From Candidatus Aenigmatarchaeota archaeon (GTDB lineage: Archaea; Aenigmatarchaeota; Aenigmatarchaeia; Aenigmatarchaeales; JACQIB01), in contig JAWABM010000018.1 of the NCBI GenBank assembly GCA_038999215.1, forward strand, positions 1-11,040: a stretch of 11,040 nucleotides of DNA, in the 5' to 3' direction. How positions within the stretch are numbered: position 1 is the first letter of the stretch; every line of letters begins with the position of its first letter. Below are positions 6,749 through 11,040 of this stretch, piece by piece. A model generated the notes under the pieces. That model was not told the DNA's origin. It saw only the letters and a program-made list of their open reading frames with translations, and searched no databases. The position numbers and the translations under genes were made by a program.

Positions 6749-7995
6749 ATCTTTACCACATCGCCGTTCATCGGGGCGATGGCCTCCACTTCGAACCTGC
6801 CGCGCAGCTCGGTAGCGAAGCGCTCGGCGTACTCGCCGTGCATGCAAATGACCTTCTTTGGCGAGATTTCTTGGACGATTTCCAGCAGGTCGGTCCTACC
6901 AGCATGGGCTGAGAAATCCAGGAACTCAGTTCTCATCTTGAGTTTGAGATCAAAGCCCTCGGTAACGAACCTGCCTGTGTCCATGAGGTAGCGGCCTGCT
7001 GTCTTAGGTATCTGGAAGCCCGTGAAAATCAGGGAGCATTCAGGTCTTGTGTAGAGCTGCTTGATGTAGCTGACGACAGGACCGCCTTCAAGGCATCCTC
7101 CAGTGGTAACTATAACGCACGGCTTCTTGGTAATCTTCGCCCTTTCCTCATCAGTCGTTACCATCTCAGCGCGCTCAACAGCCTTTCTCAGCTCCTTGGC
7201 GTCCCTGAGGAACTCGGGGTATTTGAGCGCTATCTTGGTAGCCTGCTTTGCCATGCCGTCCATATAAACCGGAACCTTCCCGCCGAGCTCATTGAGAACC
7301 AACAAAAGCTCCGCAGAGCGGCCGACAGCGAAAGAAGGCAGCACTGCGACCCCGCCGTTGGCTATCGTTTCTTTGACTATGCGCAGGAGCTTTTTCTCGA
7401 CTTCGTGCCTGGGCTCGTGGTCCCTGCTCGAGTAAGTGGTCTCCATTATAAGAACATCGATGTCCTTCGCGTTCGTGATATCCGCACCCTTCAGCAGGCG
7501 CGTGGGCTCGAGCTTGAAGTCGCTGGTGTACATTATCCTTTTCCTGCCAATCTCCACGATGAACATAAGCGAGCCAGGAACGTGGCCGGCATCCATAGCC
7601 TCTATGACAGTGCCGCCCCTTGTTTCAAGGCACTGGTTGTAGGTCATGAAGACGCGGTGCTTCTCGAATCTTTCTACGTCGCGCTTAGAAAAAGGCTGCT
7701 CCCTGCCGCGCATCCTGGCGACCTTCATGCTGTCGTGCAGGAGCAGGTTGGCCTGCTCGAACGTCGACACAGTCGAGTACGCCTGCGGGCGGCCCTGCTT
7801 GTAGAGATGCGGCACCGTCCCGCTGTGGTCCAGGTGCGGATGCGCCAGCAGTATGGAATTGACGTGCCCGGCTTCCATGGGCCTTTCGCCAGTCTCGACC
7901 TTGGCGCCGTAGTCCATCAGTATTTTCTCCTTTCCGTCGATGAGCACGGCGTTCCTGCCGACTTCCCTGAAGCCGCCCAGGCATTTGATTTGCAT
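6745..7995 (-). CDS. Metallo-beta-lactamase/beta-CASP ribonuclease (CPSF73-like, no KH domains; aCPSF2/aCPSF1b-type)
   Basis: Motifs LGGFREVGR, MDYG, HPHLDHSG (HxHxDH), AGHVPGS, YTSDF, METTY, PSFAVGRS, FSAHA and MHGE. Starts at MQIK (7995), giving 416 aa. Confidence 0.93.
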   Translation of the reverse strand: MQIKCLGGFREVGRNAVLIDGKEKILMDYGAKVETGERPMEAGHVNSILLAHPHLDHSGTVPHLYKQGRPQAYSTVSTFEQANLLLHDSMKVARMRGREQPFSKRDVERFEKHRVFMTYNQCLETRGGTVIEAMDAGHVPGSLMFIVEIGRKRIMYTSDFKLEPTRLLKGADITNAKDIDVLIMETTYSSRDHEPRHEVEKKLLRIVKETIANGGVAVLPSFAVGRSAELLLVLNELGGKVPVYMDGMAKQATKIALKYPEFLRDAKELRKAVERAEMVTTDEERAKITKKPCVIVTTGGCLEGGPVVSYIKQLYTRPECSLIFTGFQIPKTAGRYLMDTGRFVTEGFDLKLKMRTEFLDFSAHAGRTDLLEIVQEISPKKVICMHGEYAERFATELRGRFEVEAIAPMNGDVVKI

Positions 7996-8040
7996 AGAAA
8001 CCTTTATGTATGCTCCACTAATAAATGTTTGTTGATTGGC
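7996..8040. promoter_or_regulatory. Divergent promoter region for the beta-CASP gene (-) and tyrS (+)
   Basis: On +: GAAACCTTTATGTA at 7997-8010, whose first 10 nt recur upstream of topA at 10333-10342. On -: AAACATTTATTA, with TTTATT at 8025-8020, 24 nt before ATG 7995. Confidence 0.55.
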
Positions 8041-9009
8041 ATGAATACTGAGAAAAGGATCGGGCTGATAAAGAGGAACACGGCGGAGATAATCAGCGAG
8101 GAAGAGCTGAGGCAGCTCCTGGCGAAAAAGAAGAAGCCGGTCGTGTACTGCGGCTATGAGCCGAGCGGGCCCGTGCATCTCGGCCACTTCGTTACAATCA
8201 CGAAACTCATCGATTTTGCGAACGCAGGCTTCAAGGTGAAGGTCCTTCTGGCCGACATACACGCGCTGCTGAACAGAAAGGGCGAGGGGGAGAAAATAAG
8301 GGAGGACGTCGAGAACTGGAAGAGGACAATCAAGGCGATAGGACTCGATGCAGAAATAGTGCTCGGCTCGGATTTCCAGTTCAGCAAGGATTATACGACG
8401 GACGTGATGAAGATGTCTCAGGAGACAACGATAAACCGCGGGCTGCGAAGCATGCAGGAGGTCGCACGCGACATAGAGAACGCCACCGTCTCGCAGTTAT
8501 GGTACCCGCTCATGCAGATAGAGGACATAAAGGCCCTCGGCTGCGATGTTGCATACGGCGGGTTGGAACAGAGGAAGATACATATGCTGGCTCTGGAGCT
8601 GGCTGACACAATCGGGCACAAGCCGATAATAGTCCACACGCCGCTGATAACGTCGCTGAAAGGCCCAGGACAGAAGATGTCAAAGTCCGTTCCGGGATCC
8701 TTCGTTTCCGTCACCGATAGCGACGAGGATATAAAAAAGACCATATCTTCAGCCTATTGCCCGGAAAAATCGGCAGAAAACAACCCAATTCTCCAGATAG
8801 CAAGGCTCATTGTCTTCCCAAGAATAAAGTCGCTCGACATAACGCGACAGGAGAAGTTCGGAGGCAACATCTCGTTCAAGGTGTACGAAGACCTCGAAAG
8901 GGTTTATACCGCAGGAAAGCTTCATCCGATGGACCTGAAGGCGGCAATTGCCGGCGAGCTGATAAAGATAATAAGGCCTGTGCGCGAGCAATTCGCAAAA
9001 AACAAATAA
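8041..9009 (+). CDS. tyrS: Tyrosyl-tRNA synthetase, archaeal type
   Basis: Motifs YCGYEPSGPVHLGH (HIGH), LLADIHA, YPLMQIED, GGLEQRKIH, KMSKS, AYCP and LHPMDLK. Starts at ATG 8041. Confidence 0.97.
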   Translation: MNTEKRIGLIKRNTAEIISEEELRQLLAKKKKPVVYCGYEPSGPVHLGHFVTITKLIDFANAGFKVKVLLADIHALLNRKGEGEKIREDVENWKRTIKAIGLDAEIVLGSDFQFSKDYTTDVMKMSQETTINRGLRSMQEVARDIENATVSQLWYPLMQIEDIKALGCDVAYGGLEQRKIHMLALELADTIGHKPIIVHTPLITSLKGPGQKMSKSVPGSFVSVTDSDEDIKKTISSAYCPEKSAENNPILQIARLIVFPRIKSLDITRQEKFGGNISFKVYEDLERVYTAGKLHPMDLKAAIAGELIKIIRPVREQFAKNK

Positions 9010-9042
9010 TTTAAACCTGTTGCTACCTACTCATAAGCGGTG
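9010..9042 (+). promoter_or_regulatory. TATA box (TTTAAA, 9010-9015) and SD-like GGTG (9039-9042) for serS
   Basis: Both motifs lie in the 38-nt gap between tyrS and serS, at plausible spacing. Confidence 0.45.
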
Positions 9043-9047
9043 CTAAG

Positions 9048-10334
9048 ATGTTTGACATCAAACTCATAAGGGAGAACCCAGAGGCAGTAAGGAAGAACTT
9101 CAAAAAGAGGAACGACCCAGAGAAAATGGAACTTCTGGAGGAAGCGATAAGGCTCGATAAGGAACACAGGGAGCTCCTCGTTGAAATACAGAAGCTCAAG
9201 TCTGAAAGAAACAGAATATCCGAGGAGATATCGAAACTGAAGAAGGAAGGAAAGGACGCATCAAAGAAGCTGGGCGAGGCGGGAAAAATACCGGAAAAAA
9301 TAAAGGAGTTGGAACCAAAAGTCAAAGAGACAGGAGACCGCCTCAACTTCATACTCATGCGCCTGCCGAACATGCTGCATGATTCTGTCCCTGAAGGGAA
9401 GGACGACCATGACAACGTCGAGGTAAAGAGAGCAGGAAGGCAGCCCAAATTCGACTTCGAACCCAAAAGCCATGTCGAAATTCTGGAGGGCCTGGGGCTG
9501 ATTGACATGGAAAGGGCCGCAAAGGTCTCGAGCAGCGGATTCTATTACCTGAAAGGCGACCTTGTCAAGCTCGATTATGCGATAATGAGACTGGCGCTGG
9601 ACCTGCTGTCAAAGCGCGGCTATACCATAATAGAGCCTCCGTACATGATGAACCGCGCATCATACGAAGGCGTTGTGGAGGTCGAAGCCTTCAAGGACGT
9701 CATGTACAAGATAGAAGGCGAGGACCTGCACCTCATCGCTACTTCGGAGCATCCGATGGGCGCGATGTACAAGGACGAGGTCCTGAACAAGAGCCAGTTG
9801 CCGATAAGGTTCTGCGGAGTTAGCCCGTGCTTCCGCAAAGAAGTGGGCGCCCATGGAAAATATACAAAGGGCCTGTTCAGAGTGCATCAGTTCAACAAGA
9901 TAGAGCAGTTCATCTTCTGCCTGCCTGAGGAATCGTGGAAGTTCCATGAGGAGCTGCAGAAGAATGCCGAAGACCTTTACAACGCGCTTGAGCTGCATTA
10001 CCGCGTTGTCAATGTCTGCACAGGCGACATAGGGCAGATAGCCGCGAAAAAGTACGACATAGAGTGCTGGATGGCTGACGGGCAGTTCAGGGAAACCGGC
10101 TCGAACTCCAACTGCACGGATTACCAGGCGCGGCGCCTGAACATAAGATACAGGGAAAAGGAGGGCCAAAAGCCCATCGGATTCGTGCACACACTCAACA
10201 ACACCGCGCTCGCCACGAGCCGAACGCTCGTGGCGCTGATAGAGCAGCACCAGCAGAAGGACGGCACGGTGAAGATACCGAAGGCGCTGCAACTTTACAC
10301 AGGCTTTGACGTTCTCAAGCCGCTCAAAGCCTGA
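9048..10334 (+). CDS. serS: Seryl-tRNA synthetase (standard type, class II)
   Basis: N-terminal coiled coil (MFDIKLIRENPE), LPN, LIATSEHP, motif 2 FRKEVGAHGKYTKGLFRVHQFNKIE, SNSNCTDYQARRL and motif 3 HTLNNTALATSR. Confidence 0.97.
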   Translation: MFDIKLIRENPEAVRKNFKKRNDPEKMELLEEAIRLDKEHRELLVEIQKLKSERNRISEEISKLKKEGKDASKKLGEAGKIPEKIKELEPKVKETGDRLNFILMRLPNMLHDSVPEGKDDHDNVEVKRAGRQPKFDFEPKSHVEILEGLGLIDMERAAKVSSSGFYYLKGDLVKLDYAIMRLALDLLSKRGYTIIEPPYMMNRASYEGVVEVEAFKDVMYKIEGEDLHLIATSEHPMGAMYKDEVLNKSQLPIRFCGVSPCFRKEVGAHGKYTKGLFRVHQFNKIEQFIFCLPEESWKFHEELQKNAEDLYNALELHYRVVNVCTGDIGQIAAKKYDIECWMADGQFRETGSNSNCTDYQARRLNIRYREKEGQKPIGFVHTLNNTALATSRTLVALIEQHQQKDGTVKIPKALQLYTGFDVLKPLKA

Positions 10335-10375
10335 AACCTTTAAATACGTCCCTATATTATATGTGCTCAAGGTGA
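10333..10375 (+). promoter_or_regulatory. BRE/TATA (GAAACCTTTAAATA) and SD (GGTGA, 10371-10375) for topA
   Basis: Consensus-like archaeal promoter directly after the serS stop. The SD is 4 nt before TTG 10380, the same spacing as for hsp20. Confidence 0.6.
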
Positions 10376-10379
10376 TGTT

Positions 10380-11040
10380 TTGGGCTACAGTCTTATCATA
10401 GCGGAAAAACCGAACGCTGCGCAGAAGATCGCGCAGGCGCTGGCCGAGGATAAGGTCGAAACCTCGACGACAGAAGACGGGGTCAAATTCTATGAATTTT
10501 CAAGGGACGGCAAAAAATTCATAGCTGTGCCGGCCGTCGGCCACCTGTTCTCGCTGAAGGACATTTCCAAGAAAGGATGGGACTATCCTGTTTTCGATTA
10601 TGAATGGAGGCCGACATTCGAGATAAACAAGAGGGCATTCTTCGCAAAGAAATACTACCAAAACATCGTGAAGATAGCCGAAGGTGCGGACGACTTCATA
10701 GTCGCTACGGACTTCGATATCGAGGGCAGCGTGATAGGCTACAACGTAATAAGGTTCATATGCAAGAGCGAAGACGGGAAGAGGATGAAGTTCTCCACCC
10801 TGACGAAGCAGGACCTCGTCGAATCGTACAAGAACGTGATGAAACACCTCGATTTCCCGCAGATAGAATCAGGTCTGGCAAGGCACGAGCTGGACTTCCT
10901 GTGGGGGGTCAACACCTCGAGGGCGCTCACGCTCGCGATAAAGAAATCCGGGAAGAAGCTGAAGTTCTACCTGCTGTCCGCAGGACGGGTGCAGACGCCG
11001 ATGCTATACTTCCTTTCGAAGAAAGAGAAGGAGATAAGGG
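10380..11040 (+). CDS. topA: DNA topoisomerase I (type IA), 3'-truncated by the window edge; absent from the ORF track
   Basis: Manual translation from TTG 10380 gives MGYSLIIAEKPNAAQKIA (TOPRIM), AVGHL, VATDFDIEG (DxD), RMKFSTLT, ARHELDFLWGVN and LSAGRVQTP. Confidence 0.95.
   Translation, partial: MGYSLIIAEKPNAAQKIAQALAEDKVETSTTEDGVKFYEFSRDGKKFIAVPAVGHLFSLKDISKKGWDYPVFDYEWRPTFEINKRAFFAKKYYQNIVKIAEGADDFIVATDFDIEGSVIGYNVIRFICKSEDGKRMKFSTLTKQDLVESYKNVMKHLDFPQIESGLARHELDFLWGVNTSRALTLAIKKSGKKLKFYLLSAGRVQTPMLYFLSKKEKEIR

Noticed and set aside
6749..6847. Arg-rich N-terminal extension of RtcA
   Set aside because: It is an alternative frame within the beta-CASP gene. The true start is the ATGA overlap at 6748.
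7405..8040. 212-aa N-terminal extension on TyrRS in the ORF track
   Set aside because: It is an antisense shadow of the beta-CASP gene. TyrRS homology begins at ATG 8041, after a promoter-like gap.
7996..8262. N-terminal extension on the beta-CASP ORF (possible KH domains, as in aCPSF1)
   Set aside because: It is antisense to tyrS, shows no KH-like sequence and crosses the promoter region.
9023..10930. Minus-strand ORFs (9023..9508, 9660..10370, 10500..10847 and others)
   Set aside because: They are antisense shadows of serS and topA.
1..11040. tRNA/rRNA genes, CRISPR arrays, IS elements, inteins
   Set aside because: Intergenic gaps are all about 70 bp or less, no repeat arrays or transposase motifs are visible, and the proteins have normal family lengths.

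Overview
A very compact, almost fully coding archaeal housekeeping window. Archaeal origin is supported by AglB, an archaeal-type TyrRS, a NOG1-family GTPase, TATA-type promoters and GGTGA ribosome-binding sites; a small-genome DPANN-like lineage is a guess. From left to right it holds: an N-glycosylation block (partial NDP-sugar dehydratase on +, converging on an RfbF-like nucleotidyltransferase, a GT2 glycosyltransferase and the oligosaccharyltransferase aglB on -); an uncalled 39-aa hyperacidic micro-ORF that shares one palindromic TATA box with the divergent NOG1 GTPase-Hsp20 pair; a coupled beta-CASP nuclease-rtcA pair on -; and tyrS, serS and the 5' part of topA on +. I see no mobile element, CRISPR array or RNA gene, and no clearly new multi-gene system. 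The best leads are the acidic microprotein, a probable ACG start for the GT2 gene inside the aglB 3' end, the WWDPG variant in AglB, altered active-site motifs in the nucleotidyltransferase, and the nuclease-RtcA coupling.
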